From positions 2,410-66,409 of the forward strand of contig JBKJQN010000061.1 of assembly GCA_046593925.1 (NCBI GenBank): 64,000 nt of DNA, written 5' to 3'. Of the stretch, positions 18,792-27,164 are shown in pieces. Position 1 is the first letter of the stretch; the number at the start of each line of letters is the position of its first letter. The position numbers were made by a program, and so were the translations under genes. The stretch is from Mycobacteriales bacterium (GTDB lineage: Bacteria > Actinomycetota > Actinomycetes > Mycobacteriales > SCTD01). The notes beneath the pieces are model-generated. The model worked only from the letters and a program-made list of their open reading frames with translations, was not told the DNA's origin and did not search any database.

Positions 18792-20189
18792 ATGAGCACC
18801 AGCAGGCATCGCGACGGCATCAGCAGGCACCGCGTCGTCGTGATCGGCTCCGGTTTCGGAGCTCTGTTCGCCACGAAGCGGCTGCGTCGGGCCGACGTCG
18901 ACGTGACGGTGGTCGCCCGTACTACGCACCACCTGTTCCAGCCGCTGCTCTATCAGGTAGCGACCGGGATCCTCTCCGAGGGCGAGATCGCGCCGGCTAC
19001 CCGCGAGGTGCTGCGCCGGCAGCGCAACGCCACGGTGCTGCTCGGCGAGGTCACCCATATCGACCTGGCGGCCCGCACCGTCACCTCGGTGAGCGTGCTC
19101 GGCGACACCGTCACGCCGTACGACAGCCTGATCGTCGCGGCGGGCTCCACCCAGTCCTACTTCGGCAACGACCGGTTCGCCGAGCACGCCCCCAGTCTGA
19201 AGAGCATCGACGACGCGCTGGAGCTGCGCGGGCGCATCTTCGGCGCCTTCGAGCTGGCCGAGCTGTCGGACGACCCCGCCCTGATCGACCGCCTGCTGAC
19301 CTTCGCGGTGATCGGCGCAGGCCCGACCGGGGTCGAGATGGCCGGCCAGATCGCCGAGCTGGCGCGGCGCGCACTGCCCGGCGACTTCCGCAGCATCGAC
19401 CCGCGTACGGCGCGCATCGTGCTGGTCGACGGCGCCGACGCCGTGCTCGGGTCGTTCGGCGGCAAGCTCTCCGCCAAGGCCGAGGCGCACCTGAAGGCGC
19501 TGGGCATCGAGGTGCAGCTCGGCGCGATGGTCGTCGACGTCGATGCGACCGGCCTGGTGGTAGAGGAGCGCGGCGGCAGGCGCCGACGGATCGAGGCGGT
19601 GACGAAGGTCTGGGCGGCCGGCGTCGCCGCGAGCCCGCTCGGTGCGCAGCTCGCCGAGAAGTCCGGGGCACGCACGGACCGGGCGGGCCGGGTCGAGGTG
19701 CTGTCGGACCTCACGCTGCCCGGCCACCCGGACGTCTTCGTGATCGGCGACATGGCCCTGCTGGAGCTGCCCGGGGTCGCGCAGGTGGCGATCCAGAGCG
19801 GCCGGCACGCGGCGGACACGATCATCGGACGGCAGAAGGGCGATGGACCGCAGGCGGCCTTCCGCTATCACGACAAGGGGAACATGGCGACGATCTCGCG
19901 GTTCCAGGCCGTCGCCGCCATCGGCGAACACATCCGGCTGGCCGGGTTCATCGCCTGGCTGATGTGGCTCGCGGTGCACCTGGTGTACATCATCGGCTTC
20001 AAGAACCGGCTGACCACGCTGCTGCACTGGACGGTCAGCTTCCTGGGGCGGGGCCGCGCCGAGCGCACCGCGACGCAGCAGCAGGTCGCTGCCCGGATCG
20101 CCCTGGTACGTCTCGGGCGGCCCGGTCCACTCGGAGCCGACCAGGTCATCCGCGAGTCCGCCGAGCGCTCGGTGGCCCGCGGGGCCTAG
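18792..20189 (+). CDS. ndh: Type II NADH dehydrogenase (NDH-2)
   Basis: VVVIGSGFGALFATKRL...HHLFQPLLYQVATG, second dinucleotide fold VIGAGPTGVEMAG. Confidence 0.88.
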   Translation: MSTSRHRDGISRHRVVVIGSGFGALFATKRLRRADVDVTVVARTTHHLFQPLLYQVATGILSEGEIAPATREVLRRQRNATVLLGEVTHIDLAARTVTSVSVLGDTVTPYDSLIVAAGSTQSYFGNDRFAEHAPSLKSIDDALELRGRIFGAFELAELSDDPALIDRLLTFAVIGAGPTGVEMAGQIAELARRALPGDFRSIDPRTARIVLVDGADAVLGSFGGKLSAKAEAHLKALGIEVQLGAMVVDVDATGLVVEERGGRRRRIEAVTKVWAAGVAASPLGAQLAEKSGARTDRAGRVEVLSDLTLPGHPDVFVIGDMALLELPGVAQVAIQSGRHAADTIIGRQKGDGPQAAFRYHDKGNMATISRFQAVAAIGEHIRLAGFIAWLMWLAVHLVYIIGFKNRLTTLLHWTVSFLGRGRAERTATQQQVAARIALVRLGRPGPLGADQVIRESAERSVARGA

Positions 20190-20219
20190 TGACCTGCGGG
20201 CAGTAGTCGCGTGGTCGCG

Positions 20220-20966
20220 TCAGGTGAGGGCCGCCCAGCCGGGGCTCACGACCTGCCGACCGTCGTCGGTCACCAGCAGCCACTCGTAGCCGGGGTGCTC
20301 CACGAGCAGATCCGGCGCGCCGACGGCCCCCGCAGCCAGCGCGGCCGTCGCAAGCACGTCGGCCCGCAGCAGGGACGGCCCGACGACGGTCGCACCGGCC
20401 AGGCCGCCGGCCGGCCGGCCGGTCCGCGGGTCGAGGACGTGGCCGCCACGTTCGGCGGTCCCCGAGGTGGCGACACCGCCCGTCTCGAGTCGGACGGCCG
20501 CCAGCAGGCTGCCGGGGTGCAGCGGGTCGGCGACCCCGACCCGCCAGGGCCGCCCCGGCTCGGGGCCGAGCCCAACCGCGACGTCACCGCCGCCGTTGAC
20601 GCTGTGCCGCGAGCTGCCCGCCGCGACCAGCAGGGCGGCGGCGCGCTCCACCGCCCAGCCCTTGACCACCCCGGACGGGTCGAACCGGCCGTCGGCGGCA
20701 GCGTCGAACCAACCGCCGGTGAGCTCGCGGGCCTGGTCGCACAGCTCGGCTGCCGTACGCACCTCGGGGTCGGCGTGCGCGAGCTCCAGCTCACCGCGGC
20801 GCAGTCGGCTCACCTCGCTGTCCGGCCGGTAGGTGCTGCACAGCTCGTCGAGCCGGTGCAGCATCGCCACGACCGCCTCGACCGTGCCGGTCGGCACCGG
20901 ATCCCGCAGGTCCAGGCTGAAAACGGTGCCCATCACGTGCTCGACGTGCACCGCGCCGGCCGTCAC
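20220..20966 (-). CDS. apbE: FAD:protein FMN transferase (ApbE family)
   Basis: HVMGTVFSLDL...STYRPDSEVSRLRRGEL...DPSGVVKGWAVERAA...GGDVAV. The GTG at 20966 overlaps the stop of the upstream reading frame (GTGA). Confidence 0.85.
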   Translation of the reverse strand: MTAGAVHVEHVMGTVFSLDLRDPVPTGTVEAVVAMLHRLDELCSTYRPDSEVSRLRRGELELAHADPEVRTAAELCDQARELTGGWFDAAADGRFDPSGVVKGWAVERAAALLVAAGSSRHSVNGGGDVAVGLGPEPGRPWRVGVADPLHPGSLLAAVRLETGGVATSGTAERGGHVLDPRTGRPAGGLAGATVVGPSLLRADVLATAALAAGAVGAPDLLVEHPGYEWLLVTDDGRQVVSPGWAALT

Positions 20967-21900
20967 CGCTGGTCCAGGGCGGACTGCAGGGAGGTCCGGT
21001 AGGCGGCCTCCAGCGCGAAGGACTCCGCGTGCGCCTGGCGGCTCGGTACGCCGGCCGCCCGCAGGGCCCGTCCGGCGACGGCGGTGAAGCCGTCCGGCCC
21101 GCACAGGTGGACGTCGCGCTCGGCGACGTCCGGGACGAGCGCGAGCAGGTCGACCTCCGCGCGCAGCGCCAGGTCCTCGCTGCGGCTGGCACGCCGGACC
21201 AGCACCACATCGCCGGTCAGCTCCTCCAACAGCGCCGGCAGCGGGGTGATGCCGATGCCAGCACCGAGCAGCGGCAGCACCTTGGGCTGCGTACGAAGTG
21301 CTGCGGTGAGCGCGCCGTACGGCGCCTCCAGCGACACCCGGGTGCCGGCCGCGGCCCGGCGAGCCGCCGGCTCGCGTCGCCGACCGCGGCTGCCGCGTAC
21401 AGCAGCGACCACAGCACCCCGGCGAGCCGGTCGTCGATGAACGCCGACCCGGTGGCAAGGGCCAGCGCTATCGCCAGGTAGGTGGAGAAGTGCAGCCAGT
21501 GCCAGGTCTCGTACGCCATCCGGCTCCGCGCGATGTACCGACATCGCGGCGACCGCGAGGAGCAGCCCGAGGCCGACGGTGGCGGCCGGCACCTCCGGGT
21601 AGCGGGTCACCAGCGTCCAGGCCTCGCCCGGTACCCCGGCCCGTGCGGTCAGGGTGTACCCCCAGGTGATCAGGGGCGCGTGGGCGGCGAGCAGGCCGAC
21701 GGTCCACCGGCCGCCGCGGCCGCGCCAGCGGGGGAGCCGATCGGCGCCGACCCCCCGTTCGACCCAGCGGCCCCGGGCCATCATCAGCACGAGGACCACC
21801 ACGGCGTCACCGCCCAGCAGTCGGCGCTGACCAAGGGCGGCCCGCTGCTGTATCGGGGTTCTCGGAGGTGCAGCAGCGCCGGTCGTGGGGCCTCCCCTGT
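20963..21900 (-). pseudogene. Ferric-reductase-like TM / FAD-NAD oxidoreductase gene with frameshifts and an internal deletion
   Basis: The TM part is in one frame (TVGLLAAHAPLITWGY...LLLAVAAMS). The conserved RMAYETWHWLHFSTYLAIALA is in another (ORF 21217..21519). The NAD part (GTRVSLEAPYG...LLGAGIGITPLPALL) returns to the first frame. Most of the FAD-binding domain is missing. The 5' limit is approximate. Confidence 0.6.
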
Positions 21901-21961
21901 CGCTGACTGGTAACCACGGTGACGGGGGAGGCTGGGACCGGGCTGCGCGCGGTCTGCGGGT

Positions 21962-22319
21962 GAGGACGTCGCGACGTGGGCCCAGCGTATCGACCGGGGC
22001 GTCGTCAGGATCACCACGGTCACCCGGCTGGAGATCGGCTAGTCGGCCCCGTTCGGGTCTGGACCTGCGCACGGCCGGTGGGCGGCCACCCCTGTCAGCC
22101 ATGCCGCTGGAGTACCAGACCCCCTCGACCGAGAATCGCGCCGTCGAGGTGCAGGCGCTGCTCGCGGAGCGCGGACAGCGCCGAGCCTCTTCGGTTCCCG
22201 ACCTGATCCTGGCCGCGACCGCCGAGCTGGCAGGTCTCACTGTCCTGCACCTCGACCAGGCCTTCGATGTCATCGCAGAGGTCACCGGGCAGCCGACCGA
22301 GCGCCTGACGACGGACTGA
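21962..22319 (+). pseudogene. VapC-type PIN-domain toxin remnant (N-terminus missing, in-frame TAG at 22040-22042, then frameshift)
   Basis: [31 protein letters not shown], then in another frame RSGLDL...[32 protein letters not shown]. No antitoxin ORF upstream. Confidence 0.55.
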
Positions 22320-22347
22320 GCCAACCGTCCCAGGACCACCGAGGAGT

Positions 22348-22359
22348 TTGTGTGCTGGC
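22348..22359 (+). repeat. Motif copy TTGTGTGCTGGC (identical 12-mer at 63407..63418)
   Basis: Read directly, 29 nt after the vapC remnant stop. Preceded by GAGGAG. Confidence 0.85.
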
Positions 22360-22430
22360 GCCGCGGGCGGGACACCCGAACCCGGTCGCGCCGGGCCGTC
22401 CGCAGGCTCAACGAGGCCCGCGGAGGATGA

Positions 22431-22462
22431 CATTGTGTGCTCAGTTTCCTGAGCAGGCACAC
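22431..22462 (+). repeat. Motif copy CATTGTGTGCT embedded in an imperfect hairpin (TGTGTGCTCAG-tttc-CTGAGCAGGCACAC)
   Basis: Read directly. Perfect inner stem TGCTCAG/CTGAGCA, with outer TGTG/CACA arms offset by a GG bulge. Preceded by GGAGGA. Confidence 0.8.
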
Positions 22463-22518
22463 GATGTCGGAGGGGCAGCCGTCGAGAACCCGAGAGCACC
22501 ACGCGACGAGCCCCGATC

Positions 22519-23027
22519 GTGACCTATCCGGTTGACGCAGTCCGGCCGCGCCCGCAGGACCGGGAGCCGAACACCGAGGACACCCGAGGGGACGAGGCCG
22601 AGACCGTCGCCCTCCTCGCTGGGTTGGCCGGGCAGCGGGCCGTTCTGGAGCTGGCCGTGGGCACGGGACGGATCGGCCTTGCCGCTGGCAGCGGCCGGGG
22701 TGCCGGTGGACGGCATCGAGCTGGCCCCGGGACCTGGTGTACCTGGTCTTCAACACCATCGGCAATCTGCCCGCGCAGGACGACCAGGTCCGGTGCTGCC
22801 AGAACGCCGCCCGGCACCTCGACGACGACGGGGTGTTCGACCTGGAGCGCCGGGTGCCGGCCGCACCACCGGAGCTCGACCTGACGGCCGGCATCGCCGG
22901 GCTCCGGCCGCGCGACCGGTGGGGTGGCTGGGAGGCGGAGCCGTTCACGGCGACACGTCAGCGTCCACGAACGCGGGCCGGCCTGACCCGAACCCCGCCT
23001 CAGGCCGAGGGCACCCGCAGGACGTAG
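22519..23027 (+). pseudogene. Class I SAM-dependent methyltransferase gene with frameshifts and an internal deletion
   Basis: Motif I LELAVGTGRIG is in one frame and LPLAAAGVPVDGIELAPG in a second. That is joined directly to DLVYLVFNTIGNLPAQDDQVRCCQNAARHLDDDGVF in a third. About 40 residues expected between these blocks are absent. Confidence 0.6.
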
Positions 23028-23722
23028 CCCACGCCGCGCAGCGTGTGCAGCAGCCGGGGCTCGGTGGTGTCAACCTTGCGGCGCAGGTAGGAGACGTAGG
23101 ACTCCACGACGTTGGCCTCGCCGCCGAAGTCGTAGTGCCAGACGTGGTCAAGGATCTGGGCCTTGCTGAGGACCCGGCCGGGGTTCTGCATGAAGTACCG
23201 CAGCAGGTTGAACTCTGTCGGGGAAAGCGGCACCGACGTACCGGCTTTCCAGACCTCGTGGCTGTCCTCGTCGAGCTCGACGTCGGCGAACACCAGCCGT
23301 GAGCCGGCAGGCTGGGCGGCCGCCCCGCCGCGGCGCAGCACCGCCCGGATCCGGGCGACCACCTCCTCCAGGCTGAACGGCTTGGTGACGTAGTCGTCGC
23401 CACCGAGCGTCAGGCCGGTCACCTTGTCCTCGGTGCCGTCCTTCGCTGTGAGGAACAGCACCGGCACCCGGGTGCCTTCGCCCCGCAGCCGGCGGACGAC
23501 CTCGAACCCGTCGAGCTCGGGCATCATCACGTCCAGCACGACGAGGTCGGGCTTGAAGCTGCGGGCCGTGGTCAGTGCCTGTTGGCCATTGATGGCGGTA
23601 GCGACCTCGAAGCCGTTGAAGCGCAGCGCGACGCTCAGCAGCTCCAGGATGTTCGGCTCGTCGTCCACGACCAGCAGGCGTGCCTCGGCGGTGGCCACGC
23701 GTGCTCCTGTGCTCGTCGTCAT
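23000..23722 (-). CDS. OmpR/PhoB-family response regulator
   Basis: LLVVDDEPNI...DLVVLDVMMPELDGF...LFLTAK receiver domain. Winged-helix C-terminus LSPTEFNLLRYF...TLRGVGYVLR. ATG at 23722 preferred. Confidence 0.9.
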   Translation of the reverse strand: MTTSTGARVATAEARLLVVDDEPNILELLSVALRFNGFEVATAINGQQALTTARSFKPDLVVLDVMMPELDGFEVVRRLRGEGTRVPVLFLTAKDGTEDKVTGLTLGGDDYVTKPFSLEEVVARIRAVLRRGGAAAQPAGSRLVFADVELDEDSHEVWKAGTSVPLSPTEFNLLRYFMQNPGRVLSKAQILDHVWHYDFGGEANVVESYVSYLRRKVDTTEPRLLHTLRGVGYVLRVPSA

Positions 23723-23755
23723 GAAACGCAGCATGGCGCCCCGGGCTGGCAGTGC

Positions 23756-23772
23756 GCTGTACGTCCGCTGTC
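23756..23772. promoter_or_regulatory. Direct repeats GCTGTA / GCTGTC with 11-bp period in the RR-HK divergent intergenic region
   Basis: Read directly (gctgtacgtccgctgtc). The one-helical-turn period is the geometry used by OmpR-family regulators. Confidence 0.3.
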
Positions 23773-23837
23773 AAAGCCCTGCGCGGCGCCCAGCCCGCTC
23801 ACAGCCTGCTCCCAGGCCTACGCGGCACACTCGCCGT

Positions 23838-25268
23838 GTGAGGAGGCCTGCCCGCCCCGGCCCACGGGGGCGCCTCGCGCTGGTGCCACTGCGCGTCACG
23901 CTGGTGGCGTCCGTGCTCGTCCTCGTGGCGATCGGGCTGGCCCTGTCCGGCGTGGCTGCGACGACCGTCCTGCGCAACTACCTGCTGGAACGGCTCGACA
24001 GGGACCTCGTCGGCGCGGTGGCGGCGGCGTCGCCCGGCCTGCGGGACGGGCCGGGGCGACCGCGGCCGCGCGGCGACGTCAGCCAGCTCAACCGCTTCTA
24101 CATCCTCGTGACCGACCCGGGCGGCACGCCGGACGAGGTGCCGCTCGGTGTTCCGGCGCCGAAGCTGCCGGCGGACCCGCCGGTCGGCAGGCCCTTCAGC
24201 ACCGGCGCCGTGTCCGGCGACGGCCACTGGCGGGCCATCGTGTACGCCGCCCCGAACGGGAGCACCGTCGTCTTCGGGTCCCCGCTGTCGGCGGTGGACG
24301 ACCCGGTCGCCAACCTGGTCAAGACCGAGGCCGTCGTGGCGCTCGCTGTCCTGGTGCTGCTCGCCGGGGTGGCGTACGGCGTCGTCCGCACCAGCCTGCG
24401 ACCGTTGCGCGAGGTGGAGCGGACCGCTGCGGCCATCGCCGGGGGTGACCTGTCGCTGCGGGTGCCCCGCCAGGACGACCGCACCGAGGTGGGCCGCCTC
24501 GCGTTGGCGTTCAACTCCATGCTGGGCCGGATCGAGGGGGCGTTCGGGGCGCAGGCAGCGTCGGAGGCGGCTGCCCGGGAGTCCGAGGCCCGGCTGCGCC
24601 GGTTCGTCGCGGACGCCAGCCACGAGCTGCGGACCCCGCTGACCAGCATCCGCGGTTTCGCTGAGCTGTACCGGCAGGGCGGCGTACCGGTCGGTGCGGA
24701 CCTGGACCGGGTGATGGGCCGGGTCGAGGGCGAGGCGAGGCGGATGGGGAACCTGGTCGAGGAGATGCTGCTGCTGGCCCGGCTGGACCAGCAGCGCCCG
24801 CTCGACAGCGTCCGTGTCGACCTGCTGCAGCTGGCGGCCGACGCGGTGCACGACGCGCAGGCGGTCGCGCCGGACCGCACGATCCGGCTGGAGGTCGCAC
24901 CGCACTGCGCTGCGCCCGTCGTCATGGGTGACGAGGCCCGGCTCCGGCAGGTGCTCGTCAACCTGCTGGGCAATGCCGTCACGCACACGCCACCCGGCAC
25001 CGCGGTGGCCGTCCGGCTGCACACCGCGCACCGGCAAGCGGTCCTGGAGGTCGCCGACCACGGCGCCGGGCTGACCCCGGGACAGGCCGGGAAGGTGTTC
25101 GAGCGCTTCTACCGCGTCGACACGGCCCGCACCCGGGCCAGCGGCGGCAGCGGGCTGGGCCTGTCGATCGTGCGGGCCGTGGTCGAGGCGCACGGCGGTC
25201 GGGTGGGCGTACGAAGCCCGCCCGGCGAGGGTGCGACCTTCGTGGTCGAGCTGCCGCTCGCGGTGTAG
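23838..25268 (+). CDS. Sensor histidine kinase (two TM segments, HAMP, HisKA, HATPase_c)
   Basis: Within ORF 23424..25268, start at GTG 23838. H-box FVADASHELRTPLTSIRGF, N-box LVNLLGNAVTHTP, G-boxes VADHGAGL and GGSGLGLSIV. Confidence 0.9.
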   Translation: MRRPARPGPRGRLALVPLRVTLVASVLVLVAIGLALSGVAATTVLRNYLLERLDRDLVGAVAAASPGLRDGPGRPRPRGDVSQLNRFYILVTDPGGTPDEVPLGVPAPKLPADPPVGRPFSTGAVSGDGHWRAIVYAAPNGSTVVFGSPLSAVDDPVANLVKTEAVVALAVLVLLAGVAYGVVRTSLRPLREVERTAAAIAGGDLSLRVPRQDDRTEVGRLALAFNSMLGRIEGAFGAQAASEAAARESEARLRRFVADASHELRTPLTSIRGFAELYRQGGVPVGADLDRVMGRVEGEARRMGNLVEEMLLLARLDQQRPLDSVRVDLLQLAADAVHDAQAVAPDRTIRLEVAPHCAAPVVMGDEARLRQVLVNLLGNAVTHTPPGTAVAVRLHTAHRQAVLEVADHGAGLTPGQAGKVFERFYRVDTARTRASGGSGLGLSIVRAVVEAHGGRVGVRSPPGEGATFVVELPLAV

Positions 25269-25503
25269 CGCGGCCAGCGCGGAGCGGGTGGACTTGCGGA
25301 AGGCCTCGACCGGCCGGCGGTCCGGGTCGACGAGCAGCAGCCGGGCGGTGCCTTCGGCGAGGGTGAAGACGGCGGGGGCGAACAGGTCGGAACCGCAACA
25401 GCGCGCTGTGGCCGACGTTCACGTCCGCCATCCGCAGCCGGCTCAGGCGCTTCCCGGCCGGGTCGTAGGATTTCCAGGTGCGTTCGACCCGGCAGGTAGC
25501 GGC

Positions 25504-26331
25504 ATGAGCGGGCAGCCTTCGGTCGCCGGCAAGGTCGTCGTCATCACCGGCGCGGCGCGCGGCATCGGTGCCGAGCTGGCCCGGGTGCTCACCGCCCGCG
25601 GCGCCCGGGTGGCCCTGCTCGGCTTGGAGCCGGTCGAGCTGGCCGCGGTCAGCGCGCGCCTGCCCGGCAGCGCTGCGTACGAGGTCGACGTGACGGACTC
25701 CGCGGCGCTCGACGGATCGGCCGCCCGGGTGCTCGCCGACTTCGGCCGGGTCGACGTCGTGGTCGCCAACGCGGGGATCGGCGACGGCGGACCGCTGCTG
25801 GACAGCGACCCGCGGTCCTACGACCGGATCATCGAGGTGAACCTGCTGGGCAGCGTGCGCACGGTGCGGGCGTTCCTGCCCGCAGTCGTGGCCAGTCGCG
25901 GCTACGTGCTGCAGGTCGCGTCGCTCGCCGCCCTCATCCCGTCGCCGATGATGAGCGCTTACTGCGCGAGCAAGTCGGGCGCCGAGGCCTTCGCCCACTC
26001 GTTGCGCTGCGAGGTACGCCACCACGGCGTCGACGTCGGGGTGGCGTACCTGAGCTGGACCGACACCGACATGGTGCGCGCGGCGGACGCCCGCCCCGGG
26101 CTCGGTGAGATGCGGGCCCGACTGCCCTGGGTGCTCGGCCGCACCTATCCGCTGGGCCCCGCTGTCGTCCGGCTCGCCGACGGCCTCGCCGCCCGTAGGG
26201 CACATGTCTACGGGCAGGGCTGGCTGCGGCTGCTGCCCGCGGTCCGCGGCGCCTTGCCGAAGCTGGCACTGCTTGGCGCCCGGGACGTACCGCAGGTCGA
26301 GGCGGCGATCCGGGCAGCCGGGCCACGCTGA
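25504..26331 (+). CDS. Short-chain dehydrogenase/reductase
   Basis: Within ORF 25231..26331, ATG 25504. Motifs: VVVITGAARGIGAE, NAGIG, YCASKSGAEAF. Confidence 0.85.
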   Translation: MSGQPSVAGKVVVITGAARGIGAELARVLTARGARVALLGLEPVELAAVSARLPGSAAYEVDVTDSAALDGSAARVLADFGRVDVVVANAGIGDGGPLLDSDPRSYDRIIEVNLLGSVRTVRAFLPAVVASRGYVLQVASLAALIPSPMMSAYCASKSGAEAFAHSLRCEVRHHGVDVGVAYLSWTDTDMVRAADARPGLGEMRARLPWVLGRTYPLGPAVVRLADGLAARRAHVYGQGWLRLLPAVRGALPKLALLGARDVPQVEAAIRAAGPR

Positions 26332-26350
26332 CGCCGGGCCCGTTGCGCTC

Positions 26351-27142
26351 TTACGGCGGCGCGGCCCGCGGGGCGACCAGTAGCGACTGCGCGCCGACGC
26401 CGAGCGGTCCGAGCCGGTCGGACAGGACGCTGGTCGCCAGCCCCACGCCGCCCTTCGAGATGGCCGTCGCGGCGTCCAGGGAGATCCACTCGCCGACGGC
26501 CTCGCGGTGCACGTGGACGGTCAGCTCGGGGTTGATGAAGTGCCAGTCCGCAAGGTCGAGCTCGGCGGACAGGCCGTTGCCGCTGTCGGCGACGGCGAGC
26601 ACCCGCTGCAGGGGACTGAGCGGCTCCCCGTCGACCAGTGGGTGCCTTAGCCGCGTCCAGGCAGCCCCGGGTCCCGGCGACAGGAAGCCCGCGCCCCGCA
26701 CCACCCGCCACTCGACGGCCTGCAGGTAGCCGCCGCCCCACAGGCCGGTCGTCCCGGCGGCCGCTGTCGGCAGCGGCTCGGGCGTGACGTGCCGGTCAGG
26801 CACCGGCTCGCCCGACGTGCGCTGCACCCGCCAGCCGCTGGCCCGCGCGACGTCGCGGCCACCCGCCGACAACGCCGCCTCGACCAGCTCGACGCTGCGG
26901 CCCGGCCTGACCACCCGGACGCGCAACGCCAGCTCGGCGACCGGCACCGGGCCGAGCAGCTCGACGGTCACCCTGGCGACCATCGTGTCGTCGCGCCGCT
27001 CGCACCCCTCGAGGGCCCGGCCGAGCAGTGCACTCGGCGGCCCGGCGTGCTGGAAGCGCTGGTCCCATGGCCCGACGGTGTGCGACGTCGCGCGAAATCG
27101 GTTGCCCTCGGCATCGAGCGGTAGGTAGAAGCAGTCGGTCAC
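26351..27142 (-). CDS. Double hot-dog thioesterase family protein (TesB-like)
   Basis: 263 aa. N-terminal FRATSHTVGPWDQRFQHAGPPSALLGRAL is typical of the acyl-CoA thioesterase-like family. Confidence 0.7.
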   Translation of the reverse strand: MTDCFYLPLDAEGNRFRATSHTVGPWDQRFQHAGPPSALLGRALEGCERRDDTMVARVTVELLGPVPVAELALRVRVVRPGRSVELVEAALSAGGRDVARASGWRVQRTSGEPVPDRHVTPEPLPTAAAGTTGLWGGGYLQAVEWRVVRGAGFLSPGPGAAWTRLRHPLVDGEPLSPLQRVLAVADSGNGLSAELDLADWHFINPELTVHVHREAVGEWISLDAATAISKGGVGLATSVLSDRLGPLGVGAQSLLVAPRAAPP

Positions 27143-27164
27143 AGCGCGACCCTAGGGTGGCTGC

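Noticed and set aside
20967-21458. N-terminal extension of the apbE ORF (20220..21458)
   Set aside because: The extension is an out-of-frame overlap with the ferric-reductase-like sequence. ApbE similarity begins at about 20966, where a GTG overlaps the upstream stop.
25269-25503. Protein-like minus-strand reading (..VERTWKSYDPAGKRLSRLRMADVNVGHSALL.. then, frame-shifted, ..DLFAPAVFTLAEGTARLLLVDPDRRPVEAFRKS..) in the kinase-SDR spacer
   Set aside because: It has no usable start codon, needs a frameshift, and runs antisense into the kinase gene. I cannot assign a family. At most it is a small gene scar, so it is not called.
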